Positions 12,345-24,369 of a DNA stretch of 61,002 nucleotides are shown here, piece by piece; position 1 is the first letter of the stretch, and the number at the start of each line of letters is the position of its first letter. The position numbers and the translations under genes were made by a program. The stretch comes from Octopus bimaculoides (Eukaryota): contig NC_068998.1 in the NCBI RefSeq assembly GCF_001194135.2, forward strand, positions 35,752,044 through 35,813,045, in the 5' to 3' direction. The notes below the pieces were generated by a model. That model did not search any database. It was not told where the DNA came from and saw nothing but the letters and a program-made list of their open reading frames with translations.

Positions 12345-12970
12345 NNNNNNNNNNNNNNNNNNNNNNNNNNNNNNNNNNNNNNNNNNNNNNNNNNNNNNNN
12401 NNNNNNNNNNNNNNNNNNNNNNNNNNNNNNNNNNNNNNNNNNNNNNNNNNNNNNNNNNNNNNNNNNNNNNNNNNNNNNNNNNNNNNNNNNNNNNNNNNNN
12501 NNNNNNNNNNNNNNNNNNNNNNNNNNNNNNNNNNNNNNNNNNNNNNNNNNNNNNNNNNNNNNNNNNNNNNNNNNNNNNNNNNNNNNNNNNNNNNNNNNNN
12601 NNNNNNNNNNNNNNNNNNNNNNNNNNNNNNNNNNNNNNNNNNNNNNNNNNNNNNNNNNNNNNNNNNNNNNNNNNNNNNNNNNNNNNNNNNNNNNNNNNNN
12701 NNNNNNNNNNNNNNNNNNNNNNNNNNNNNNNNNNNNNNNNNNNNNNNNNNNNNNNNNNNNNNNNNNNNNNNNNNNNNNNNNNNNNNNNNNNNNNNNNNNN
12801 NNNNNNNNNNNNNNNNNNNNNNNNNNNNNNNNNNNNNNNNNNNNNNNNNNNNNNNNNNNNNNNNNNNNNNNNNNNNNNNNNNNNNNNNNNNNNNNNNNNN
12901 NNNNNNNNNTCTCCCTCACGCAAACACACACACACACATACAATATGATATGATATGATATTATATGATA

Positions 12971-13009
<39 letters not shown>

Positions 13010-13429
13010 AAATATTATACATACGTACCAAATGTAAGGAAGAAATAGTCATTCAGGACACGCAAAGCGAAAAGAACATTGAATAAAACCACCGCTATTT
13101 AAAAACAAATCAATTACAACTCTGGGTAAATATAACCTTGGGTAAATGTTTTATTTACCCCGGGTTATATTGAAGCAAAAACACGGCCGGCCACGTACGG
13201 ATGTGCAATGATTTGCGTAGCGTGAGTTTATTGTGATAACAAACGCAATGTGACACGTGATTCAGAAGTGGTGTCCTGTCAAAAGGCCTCTCACTGCTTC
13301 CTTCCAAAATAAAAATAAAAGCATAATTAAAAGATAACATTCGACAAATATTGAAGTATTGCATTCCTGCTATACATCAATACTATATCCAACATACGGG
13401 CATTATAAATGAGAGGTGTGTGAGTTAAT

Positions 13430-14760
13430 GAAGAGAGACAGTGAGTAAGAGAAGCGAGGAAAATAATATTAACCCGAACACATTTGCGAATATACGAAAA
13501 TTAATAATAAAAAATTAACAGGATTCTGAGAACTGAAATAAAACAACTTCTAGAAAGAATGCACGCTGAAAATAAAACAAGACAATCGACTACACACACA
13601 GAGATGACTTAAGACAAATCATTGAAAACATCACAGTAAAATTCACCGCATACAGAACACATAAGACACTACATAAGAAATAAGACTATATAACACAAGC
13701 GATCATAGATACGTTGAATGTGTCCTCAATACGCAAGGAAGACACTACAGAACCAACCACGCAAGCAGCAAACAAGACATTATAGTACATTAAATATGTA
13801 TACTAAGTTAAGTGAACTAAAACCTAAAATAATGATGAGGTTTATAGAAGTCCCAATGGAAACATTAGACCCAATACACAGCCACAACAAAAACACACCC
13901 AAGAACTCACACTTAACAGTAAATAGAATTAAATACACATGCACACACACACGCGCCCACATACACTACAACAGATCAACAAAAGTTAACATTAAAGAAA
14001 TCTATAATAATAAATAAAATATAGGAAAATATGCCAAGATCGATAAAGATGTATCAATATATAAACACATTCCCAAGCTATACACGAGCAAACAACTCTA
14101 ATAAAAAATAAATAAACGTAGCTTGAAAGAAATTCTGTCAACGGAAATAAATTCCCGAATATCAGCCAAACTTAATGGTCTGTTTAGTTGGCAGTGTCGG
14201 TATCGAGGGAAAACGGTTTCGTTGCTTTCCCACTCCATAAAATATATAATATACAAACCCAGGAAGATCTACCCTTACTAAGTGAAATGAAGCAGGAGAA
14301 AACCAGCGTAAAAAAAAAAAAAAAAATCCAAAAGAATTAGTAATTAAAAATATATCACTGAAACGGTAGACACTTTGAAAGCAAAAGAAGGAGAACCAGC
14401 ATGAAGGAGAAGAATGCTAAAAAATATGCAAATGCTTCTTCCAGGAGAAGAAGGTATTGAGTCGAATACCAACAGATTTTACAGGAACATTAAGGAAAAA
14501 GAAATTCTCTAAAGAAACAAAACAACGATGAGTACATTAGTATCAACGGAAATTCACGCATAGACAGAAGGAGAATTTGAAAGAAAACTATTCAAGTACA
14601 ATAGAAAAAATATAGAATGCATCAGAATAAATGAGAGAAAAATACAGTAACATTTCAAGCATGGCTTATAACAGGGGAAGAATTTACCTACGTATGAAGA
14701 GATCTAAGCAACAGGGAAGCTCCTGGTAGCCATAGAGTTGCCTATTTCTGTATGAAAGAC
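13430..14760 (+). mobile_element. Highly degenerate R4/Dong-like LINE, pre-RT region
   Basis: A/C-rich coding-like bias. Fragments NTNRFYRNIKEKEI and REAPGSHRVAYF resemble the R4/Dong NQxRFY and WKAPGxD..F motifs. Many stops. Confidence 0.45.
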
Positions 14761-14799
14761 CCATATGTTATGTGGTGACAATGTTCAAAATATTTTCTT

Positions 14800-15120
14800 T
14801 TCTTTTGTTTGTTCCTGTCATTGGACTGCAGCCATGCTATGATACCACCTTGAAGGGTTTTTGGTCAAACAAATCCACTCCAGGACTTATTTTTTAAGTT
14901 TGGTACTTATTTTATCGATATTTGTTGCAAAACCGCAAAATTACGAGTACGTAAACACACACACACACACACACACAAAGACAAACGCGCGCGCGCGCGA
15001 ATAACACACTCACGCACACGCACACATATATATATACGACGGGCTTCTGCACTGTTCCTCCTACCAAATTCACTCCAGGCGTAGTGGCTGCGCAGTGGGA
15101 CCGAACCCCAAAACCGCTAT
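14800..15120 (-). mobile_element. SINE family B (internal CA/TA microsatellite), degenerate
   Basis: GTCATTGGACTGCAGCCATGCT..GGTACTTATT..(CA)n..ATACGACGGGCTTCT..CTACCAAAT..GCGCAGTGGGACCGAACCC. Same layout as 16495-16862. Confidence 0.75.
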
Positions 15121-15195
15121 GTATCTTCTCTAGTGTACTAACGATTCTACCAGCTCCCCGCATTATCTCTCTGTTTTTAATAATTCTTTCCATTA

Positions 15196-17046
15196 CACTG
15201 AGGAACATGGGTTGTTGTTTTTTTGTTTCTTTTTTTATGGTGTTGGAAACATGTTTCTTAGTAATTTGAGGATGCTGACTTCAAAAATGCAATCCATTTT
15301 TCTCTATCACATCAAGATTTTTCACAAACTCAAATGTTCATTTTTCAACATTTCCAGTATTGTCACCATTTCTAAGGATAGATTTAGCTTCATCAAATGC
15401 AGATCCATGTACAGAGCTTAACATAACTTTCAAAACATGGTTTTTCAGGAATTTATCTTCAGGTATGCCCAGGCTGTTTCATTTAGTGTGGCTATCAATG
15501 CAAACCAAGTGAGACATATTCTGTTGAACCTTAATCTATTTCTTATGAAAACTGGTATTTTGAATGTGCCTTTTATGTTCTAATTGTGGGGTCACGTGGG
15601 GTCAATGTAACATTTTGTGAAACATGATCAAAGAGCTGTCGGAAGAACTCCATGGCATATATGCTCTTTGCCATCACAAACCGGCATTTGCTTACTCTGT
15701 AACTGTTAACAATTCTGAAATTGCTTTTCCTAGGAGACAACTGGCTTGAAGATATGTTTGTAGTTCAGAAATATGGCTAGTTGTGAGAGAAGAAAATGTA
15801 AAAACAGCCCCGATGTCTTCTGCTATATTTTTGGATGTTACTACTAAGCAGTGAAACAAAATCACAGATTTTGTGAAGAAAGCTTGGCATGAAACTGGGT
15901 GATCAAGGCAAAGCCTTGGTACCCCGTATAGAGTGTAAAACGTTTTGAAACACTGCGACAGTGACTGATTCAAATATTTAAGTTCAAAATTTCCAGCTTT
16001 ATCTTGTGAAAAATTAAGCTTGGTATGTTTGATGGGTCACAGACTTAATGGCTATTTCTGGACAAGCAGTTTTTGGAGACCATGTCTGGCGTTGAAAAAG
16101 AAGCATGGAATGTTTTTGCTGCAGTTTTGTCTGATTCCTTGGGAGACAGGAAGCCATCAAATTATGAAGAACTTATGTAGACACTGTAAGCCAGTTTTCG
16201 AGTACTGGGCTGCAATATGAGCGTAAAAGTGCATTTCCTGCTTAGTCATCTAGGCTACTTGCCTGAAAATCATAGCTGGTTAGCAACAAGAAAGACTGCA
16301 CCAACATATTGAGGCCATAGAAATTAAGTATTAAGGCAGGTGAAACACAAACATGATGGCTGACTACTGCCGGTTTCTGCAAAGAGATTGTCATGATGCA
16401 AAATACTCACGCAAAGCAGCAAAGAGAAAGTTTACTCCTTGAATAATTGAAGCTCCAGTTTGACAGAAATATATCTATCCTAAGATGTATAATTACTCTT
16501 TTACTCTTTTGTTTCTGTCATTTGGCTGTGGCCATGCTGGAGCACCGCCTTTTAGTTGAGCTAATCAACCCCAAGACTTATTCTTTGTAAGCCTAGTACT
16601 TATTCTATCGGTGTCTTTTGCCGAACCGCTAAGTTACGGGGACGTAAACACACCAGCATCGGTTGTTAAGCGATGTTGGTGGGGACAGACACACACACAC
16701 ACACACACATACACATATACATATATACGACGAACTTCTTTCACTTTCCGTCTACCAAATCCACTCACAAGGCTTTAGTCGGCCCGAGGCTATAGTAGAA
16801 GACACTGAACCCGGAACCATGTGTTTCGTAAGCAAGCTACTTACCACACAGTCACTCCAACGCCTATAAACATCTTTTGTAATATATTTGTTAAACGATA
16901 AAACCTACTATTAATTGACTTTTTGGAAGAAAAAGGAATTCCTGCTTCACAAAATACTTGACGTGATAAAAAATTTCTGAAGACATTTCTGAACCCAACG
17001 CCATCAAATTAAGTGGGACTAACTGTAAAAAGCATGTTCCCCAGTA
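15196..17046 (+). mobile_element. Chapaev3-like (CMC superfamily) DNA transposon, internally deleted, transposase pseudogene
   Basis: TIRs CACTGAGGAACATG (15196) and CATGTTCCCCAGTA (17033-17046) match 12/14, with TTA on both flanks. Protein remnants GMKLGDQGKA(W).P..CKT and LGCNMSVKVHFLLSHL.YLPEN..MMADYC.FLQRDC..AKYSRKAAKRKF. Family assignment is from recalled motifs. Confidence 0.8.
16495..16862 (-). mobile_element. SINE family B inserted in the Chapaev3-like element
   Basis: Near-complete copy: TTTTACTCTTTTGTTTCTGTCATTTGGCTGTGGCCATGCTGGAGCACCGCC...CCGAACCGCTAAGTTACGGGGACG..(CA)n..CTACCAAATCCACTCACAAGGC...CTTACCACACAGTCAC. The tRNA-like head is at the right end. Confidence 0.9.
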
Positions 17047-17111
17047 TTATCAATAGAATAATAAAAGCATCTGACCAGCCCTATTTCTTACGGACAAACA
17101 TTACAATTGTA

Positions 17112-18386
17112 TTCGGTGGTCCGGAAAGTTCGTGCCGATTTTTAAAGGAAAGAAAAAGGTCAATAAATACTTGCCATTACATTTTTAATCAACCAAATAT
17201 GAACCATTTTGTTTCACAATGCGTCTCCATCTTTCCTTTAACTTGAAAATACCCTCTTCCCAGAATTGAGGTGGTTTCACGGCAAAGAATTCATCAAGGT
17301 ATCTTTTTACGTCATCCAAGGAACTGAAATGTTTACCATTAAGACTATTCTGCAGAGACCTGAATAAGTGGAAATCCGAAGGAGCAATATCTGGTGAATA
17401 TGGAGGGCTGGGTAACACATCCCAGCCGAGCTGCAGCAATTTTTGTCTGGTTCCCAAAGAAACGTGCAGTTTTGCATTATCATGTTGGAAAACAACACCC
17501 CTCCTGTTGGCCAATTCTGGACGTTTCTCTTGAATTGCTGTTTTTAACTCCTCCAGCTGTGTGCAGTATTTCTCAGAATTAATTGTCTGGTTACTTAGGA
17601 GAAGCTCATAATACAGAATTCCTTTATAATCCCATCAGACACAAAGCATGACTTTTTTAGGGTGAAGACCCGCTTTTGGGGTGGCTAAGGGTCGTTTACT
17701 CCAGGATCGCTTTCTCTGAACATTTCGGTAGATAATCCATTTCTCATCACCTGTCACAATTTGCTTTAAAAAAGGCGCGTTTTCATTCCGCTTATAAAGC
17801 GAATCACAGATGGAAATGGGATCCAAGAGGTTCTTCTCACTCAACTCCTGTGGTACCCAAACATCGTAGCGATTTCTGTACCCAAGCTTTACCAGGTGCT
17901 CATGAACGACGGATTTTGATAGGTTGAGGCTTTCTGCCAATTCTCGGGTTGTGCGATGTGGGTTATTCTCAGTTAATGACTTGATTTGGTCATCATCTGT
18001 AGTGGATGGTCTACCTGATCACTCTTTATCAATAAGGCTACAATAACCAACTCGGAACCTTGCGAACCACTTCCGTACAGTTCTTTCAGATAAAGAAACA
18101 TCACCGTAAAGTGCGCATATTTCCATGGTTGCTTGTGAGGCATTTTTCCCTTTACAGAAAAAGAAAAGCATCAAGTGCCAAAAATGAATTTTCTTATCTT
18201 CCATTTTAAAGGGTTACAGAATTAATACAGGTTATAGGAACATAAACCTTCTTCCACGAAAAGATAGCTTAAACTGTGCTCTAGATAGAGATGTAGTCAA
18301 ATCCTATTTTATGGACGCAACCATGTTCTAAAATAAGTCGAAAGGTAAACTACCATAAATCGGCACGAACTTTCCGGACAATCCAA
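17112..18386 (-). mobile_element. Full-length mariner (D,D34D; mellifera/cecropia-like), frameshifted transposase
   Basis: TIRs TTCGGTGGTCCGGAAAGTTCGTGCCGATTT / AAATCGGCACGAACTTTCCGGACAATCCAA with TA duplications, 1275 bp. Three frames give MEDKKIHFWHLMLFFFCKGKNA.., [18 protein letters not shown] and [20 protein letters not shown]. Confidence 0.97.
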
Positions 18387-18544
18387 TACTTATTCGGAGA
18401 GTAAGCTGCAGAAAAAAAAATACTTGACGCGATAGGAGAAAACTTATTGTAGTTTTGACACCAGTACACCAGTTTTAGTCTAAATCAAGTAAAAAAACAA
18501 CAAACTCAACAGAAATTAAGTTCAAAATTGTTCCCCTGCGTTAT

Positions 18545-18990
18545 AGGCAAAAGGCCTAAAATTCTTGAGGAGGGGGCTGGTAGATTAGATCAACTCCAGT
18601 CCTCAACTAGTATTTATTTCGTCGATCCTACAAGGATCAAAGTCAATGTCAACCTCGGAGGCATTTGACCTCAGAAGGTAAAGACGAACGAAATGCCGGT
18701 AAGCATTTTGTCAGGCGTGATAACGACTCTGCCAGTCCGCCATCTTATCTCTTTTCTTTTAATAATGGTTTCAAATTTTGGCGCAGAAATAGCAATGTTT
18801 TTTTAGGGGAAGGGACAAGTCGATTACATCAACCTCAGTACTTCACTGATACTTATTCTATCGAGCTCGAAAGGATGGAAAGCGAAGTCGTCTTCGGCGG
18901 AATTTCAACTCAGAACGTAAAGACGGACGAAATGCTGCTAAGCATTTTTGCTCGGCGTGCAAATGATTCTGTCAGTTCGCCGCCTTAAGA
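18545..18990 (-). mobile_element. SINE family A, head-to-tail dimer
   Basis: Two successive units, each ending (+ strand) ..GAACTCAGAACGTAAAGACGGACGAAATGC..CAGTTCGCCGCC. Confidence 0.9.
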
Positions 18991-19088
18991 ACAGGCAATA
19001 TCAACAACAACAACATCAACAACACCAACAATATCAATGGCAATAAAATGATGATTTGCAAATGTCCTTACTGTTTACTGAAATTTAC

Positions 19089-19165
19089 CAAATGTAAAAA
19101 AGAATCGCAAAACAAGCAACCAGAAACAGCCTGGAGTCAGCATATACAGACTGTCATCGTGTGAA
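19089..19165 (-). CDS. Candidate exon encoding a signal-peptide-like N-terminus MLTPGCFWLLVLRFFFTF (phase-1 donor)
   Basis: Acceptor CTCTCTGTTGGCAG at 19165, ATG at 19143, donor TTTG|GTAAAT at 19089. Unique non-repeat sequence. No homology evidence. Confidence 0.25.
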
Positions 19166-19439
19166 CTGCCAACAGAGAGACGGTGGCGATACGCGGCGTG
19201 GTGTGGTGTTATGATTCGGCTCAAGAGTGGGCGTGTAGAGGTAAGGAGAGGGAACCACGAGAGGGTGAGGAATACTGGAAGTGATTAAGGGTAGGTTCTG
19301 CAGTTGGATAGTTAGTTGGGTTAGAGTAAAGAGATGGGTATCGGTGAGTGGGTAGGAAGAGGAATGGAACTCTAGCAACGGGTTTTCCTTCTCGGTTATG
19401 TTGTCACTTCATTTAAATACGTCCTGTAATGTTTATATG

Positions 19440-21320
19440 GATGTAAATGCACACACACGCTGCAAACATACACGCGAACACACACATGCAAGCGCACACG
19501 CACACACATGCAAACATATATATACATATACATATATACATCCACACATATATAAATATGCAAATACATATCATACATATACATACCTATATACATATAA
19601 ATATGTGTGTATGTATATATTATATATATACACACACACATGTACTCATATATGTGTGTGTGTATATGTATATACACATGTATGTATAAACACATACATG
19701 TGTGTGTGTATATACAGGCATGCAAACGCAGATGCAGACATTTGAATATCGCCACAAACTATGCACAAGACATATGCAGACATGTTAGACACACTCGAAT
19801 CTGCTCCCATATAACGAAATACACACATAAATATCTATAAAAGAAATACAGAAAATAGATAAGTGGGGAACAAGAAATAAACACACACATCTACATCTAT
19901 ATTCACACATCTATATATACACACATGTATATACACACTTGTATATATATACGCTATACCGGTAAATCTTTATTTGTGACGAGGAAGGGTAGGTCGTCCT
20001 TCCTCTGGCTTTTTTTTTTTTTCATTTTTCTAGCTTTCTTTTCTTTCATTTCTTTTCTTTTCCTCCTCTTTCTTTTTCTCGCTTCCTTCTATTGTTTCTT
20101 GATTTGATTCGTTCCTCTTTTCTGTCATATTTCCTTTCTTCTTTCAGTTTTGTCACTCTCAATCTCTCTGCCCCCCCCTCTATTTCACTCTCTCTTTTCT
20201 TTCTCTCTCTCTCTCTATCTCTCTAATCTCTCATTTCATCTTTCTTTCTTTCATCCTACCTTCCAGATTTTTCTTTCATTTTCTTTAATCCTTCTTTCCT
20301 TTCCTTATTATTTCTCTTTCCTTCATCTCCCCCTCTCTCTCCCCTCTTGTTCTCTCTATTTTTATCTTTCATTTCCTCTTCCTATCATTTTCCCTCTCTC
20401 TTTCTCTCTTTCCTTCTTCTCTCACTGTCTTTCTTTTCCACTTTGTCTCTCTCAATGATTTTCTTTCTTTCTTCCTTTCTTTCTTTCCTTCATTTTTCTC
20501 TTTCATCCTCTCCACCCCCACCGCCTTTCTCCCTCTTTCCACTTCCAAGTACCCCCTCCCCATCAAATTCTCTGATCTCTATATTCCACGATGTTGCAGA
20601 TGTTAAACAGATGTCAAGTTTGTTGTAGTGGAGCAGCAAAGGATTCTCTCAGAAGCCAGCATCCTGGGCCGTATTCTGTCTAAATATGCACCACCACCAT
20701 CACCGCTACCACCACCACCGCTGCCACCACCACCACTGCCACCACCACCTCCAACACTACCATCACCGTAAATTATCTACTTCGCCCTCATTCCCACCAT
20801 CAAAGCAACTACAGTAACACCTACTGTCACTACCTCCCATGCCACCACTACTACTACCCCCTATGTCACCACTAACAACAACAACACCACCATCATCATC
20901 ACTACCACGTCCATCAACACCGCTACCACCGCCACCGCCAACACTACTATTGCCNNNNNNNNNNNNNNNNNNNNNNNNNNNNNNNNNNNNNNNNNNNNNN
21001 NNNNNNNNNNNNNNNNNNNNNNNNNNNNNNNNNNNNNNNNNNNNNNNNNNNNNNNNNNNNNNNNNNNNNNNNNNACCACCACCACCACCACTGCCTTCAC
21101 CACACACTACGACTAACCTCACAACCGCCCCACTGCCACCACCACCACCACCACAATAATAATAATAGCAACACTACCCTCACACTGCTACATTTACCTT
21201 ACCTCTTGCACTACTGTTACCACTACACCAATCACTACCACCACCAACACCATCATACAGTGTCTGCCTCACCCCTTACTCACACCCACCTCTGCACCAC
21301 ACTACCACTACCAGCAACAA
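19440..21320. repeat. CA/TA field, polypyrimidine tract (~19990-20580) and CAC/CAA-rich field
   Basis: Direct inspection. Confidence 0.85.
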
Positions 21321-21484
21321 CAACAACAAAGCTTCATAATACAACCACCCACTATCAACAACGCCGTCTATCTGCTCCCCTCCCTCAACGACCCAACCAT
21401 TTGCGGCCATTGCAAGTGAACGGTGAGCAGAGTCCTTATTTATATAATAGATAATGCGAAACAGATGAGGCCGCCCCGACCAAT
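21203..21484 (-). promoter_or_regulatory. Candidate RNA Pol II core promoter and first exon (TSS ~21417)
   Basis: On the minus strand: CCAAT box (21480-21484), GC box GGGGCGG (21471-21477), TATATAAATA (21446-21437) and TCACTT with its A 29 nt downstream of the first TATA base. A strong donor GAG|GTAAGG follows at 21203. Confidence 0.45.
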
Positions 21485-21615
21485 CAGAAACGGATGTCTA
21501 ACTTGGCTAAAGGTGGCGGCGAAGGCGACGACGAGGGAATGGTGATAGAGAGAAAGAGACAGGAAGGACGAGAGAGAAAGAGAAAGAGAGATAGAATGGA
21601 AGATAAACAGAGAAG

Positions 21616-21619
<4 letters not shown>

Positions 21620-21654
<35 letters not shown>

Positions 21655-22067
21655 GCACACACACACTGAGAAACAGACAGACAGACACATAGAGAAAGAG
21701 ATAGACAGAAAGAAAAAGAAGAAGAAGAAGAAGAAGAAGAAGAAGAAGAAGAAGAAGAAGATAATAGAGTGCATCGAGGATTTAGGGTATGGTAAGAAAT
21801 GAAACAAGGGTCTGTGAAAAATTAGGGGCCAGGACTGGGCTGGGAAGCAGGCTAAGAAGGAAGGAGACCTAAACAGAAAAATAAAGAAAAGAAGAAAAGC
21901 GTACAAAAAGGAAATTTATGCTGACTGTTCTGTCTTTGAGATCGTGTTTGTATATGAGTTAGTATAAATGATTGCCAAGGAAGTACATACAAGTACATAT
22001 ATACAGATAGCTATATGTATGTATATGTATGTATATATATATATATATGTATGTATATGTATGTATG

Positions 22068-22098
<31 letters not shown>

Positions 22099-22247
22099 GT
22101 TTATGTATATATATATATATGTATGTGTTTATGTATATATATATATGTATGTATACATATATATACATCTATAATGTATATATAAATATGTATGTATAAA
22201 CACATTTATATACATATATATGTACACATATCTACCATTAAACAAAC

Positions 22248-22283
<36 letters not shown>

Positions 22284-22400
22284 NNNNNNNNNNNNNNNNN
22301 NNNNNNNNNNNNNNNNNNNNNNNNNNNNNNNNNNNNNNNNNNNNNNNNNNNNNNNNNNNNNNNNCATTTATACGTGTATATATAGATATATATTTCAAAT
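21620..22400. repeat. (GA)n, (AAG)n and (TA/TATG)n microsatellites
   Basis: Direct inspection. Confidence 0.9.
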
Positions 22401-22536
22401 TTATCTACACATTTGCGTATGTATGTAAGTAAATATGCAGTACACTATACACGTTGATATGCATATGTATATATCGGAAAATGCGTGTGTATGTGTATGC
22501 AACATTGTGCACGTAGGAGTGTTCGTGGATGTGAAG

Positions 22537-22850
22537 GCGCGCTGACTAGTGTTTAGAGTGTTTGAATTCACTAGGGCAAGGTCGTGAATTCGATTCCAAG
22601 ACCAGGAGGAGCCTCAAGTTCTTCAGCAAGGCATTTCATTTCATGGTGTTTCTGTTCATTCAACTGAGAAATAAGTACCAGCCTCTCACCATCCATTTAT
22701 CATGTATCGGATGTTTTGTTGTGTCAGTGAGAGTTGAGAGGATGTCCGCGAATTCTGGTGACTACATGGATACCCTAAAGCAATTAGTGAAAGCATGCTT
22801 CAAGAATCTATGCGATACTCGCTTGCGAGTGACGACTGTATATTAAATAA
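22537..22850 (+). mobile_element. tRNA-derived SINE family D, degenerate
   Basis: tRNA-like head GGCGCGCTGACTAGTGTTTAGAGTG...GTCGTGAATTCGATTCC (A/B boxes), followed by CAGCAAGGCATTTCATTTCA..AAATAAGTACC. Confidence 0.65.
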
Positions 22851-23179
22851 AAATTTGTGTGTATATGAACGTAATGTATATATGAATGTATGAATTTGAG
22901 CCTTTTAAAAATCGCTCCCAAACCAGGGTTCTTCTCAAACACCAAGTATAAAACTTCAATCTAAACTTGCTATCGTATTGGCAGAATCGACCCAAGGTTT
23001 TGGTGTTGCCTCAGGTAAGCTAAGTTTAAGAGCCCTTACCAATATATATGTTTGTTTGTTGTTGTTTTTTAATTTGATTATTAACGAAAGTAACAGTATT
23101 AACACCAAAAGGCTCTCTTTATATTCAACTTAAAGTGGATGTATTTTTAGAGCACTGAATATTGCGTTATTTACCTTGA

Positions 23180-23620
23180 GAGGACCTCTCATATAGACGC
23201 ATGGTGCATAAAAGCATACAAACTTATGTCGCTGGCAGTCGAGAATCATCTGCTACGGACGCAAGAACTGCAAGATTACATGATTTCGACGGGTTCCATC
23301 TCTACAGTGGCAGACGTCCTGTAGTCGCATACCACACTGCCAGATGTATGCTTTTTGATATTAATACTGTTTTTGTCACTATTAATTATGTTTTACAAAG
23401 CCTGCTAGGTGTTTGCGATATCAGTTCCTGAAGAGTCAATGAAATTCCATATAGTGAGATTTGATTGCTATGCTGCTACCGAACGTATGTCCCTGAAGAG
23501 ACGGGGCACGTCAAAATTACGTGATCTGGCAATTCCCATGACCATAGCAGACAATTTTCGTTTTCTAGCGATATAAATACGTGTGCTTTTATATACCATG
23601 CGTCCATACGCGAGGTCCTC
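23180..23620. mobile_element. Unclassified ~440-bp MITE with 40-bp TIRs
   Basis: 23180-23219 versus the reverse complement of 23581-23620 is 34/40 identical. No ORF. Confidence 0.7.
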
Positions 23621-23744
23621 TGTAAAGGCAATTAACACGTATTCGGTGCCCTAACAATGTATTTTTTAATTTTCAGAAGGACTAAAACCTGTAAATTCAG
23701 AAATATAATGTTCATTGTATTTTATTAAATATTAGAATAAAGTT

Positions 23745-23985
23745 TAACTGTTGAGAAGGAGAGAGGCGCCTTCTGAGGTGCACCTGGCGGTCAGGACAAC
23801 CAAGATGTGTGGGGTTCCTCCTTTGTCCCTGCGAGTAACTCCTCCTTTTGGGGGTATTTTATTGTTTAATTGTATTGTTAATTGTCATTAGTTTATTGCT
23901 TACTCGATTTTTGTGTTAAATCTTAGTTTTGTTTTGTCCCTATTTGTTTTGTGTTCGGTCCTTGTGGCCAATAAAGAAACGAATA
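23745..23985 (+). mobile_element. Tx1/L1-like LINE 3' UTR remnant
   Basis: Ends CGGTCCTTGTGGCCAATAAA followed by (TTA)n, like the 3' end of the long element (CGGCCCTGGTGGCCAATAAA, ~50140). T-rich UTR. Confidence 0.6.
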
Positions 23986-23991
23986 TTATTA

Positions 23992-24045
<54 letters not shown>

Positions 24046-24369
24046 GAGAGAAGAGTTCTTTACTTTTGTATACGATTGACACAATCCATCACTAAGGTAA
24101 ACATAGCTGACGTAATCGATCACCAAGGCCAACTTAATGACAAAAAGCGCAACTCGAAAGTAACTTATTTATTTTCGCTTTGAACAATATTTCAGCATCT
24201 CGTGTGCCTTCAACAGGTTCAAAATAAATGTCAGTCTAATTCATTTTTTTAGTTCATATAAAGGACTGAAGTAACTCAGCAGAAATGTAATAGATAGAGA
24301 GGTGAGTTCTTTACTTTTGTTACGATAGATTAAATTGTTGGGAAAAATTCCTAGCAACAAATAACTTTA

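Noticed and set aside
17185-18204. SETMAR-like domesticated transposase
   Set aside because: Bounded by TIRs and TA, frameshifted, and without a SET domain.
20590-20700. Coding exon after the long polypyrimidine tract
   Set aside because: The only extended frame runs into CCA repeats with no donor, and there is no recognisable protein motif.
23420-23520. CTGAAGAG-TCAAT-GAAA as a hammerhead ribozyme (also CTGATTACGAAA at ~43570)
   Set aside because: I could not pair convincing stems I and III, and the second core is degenerate.
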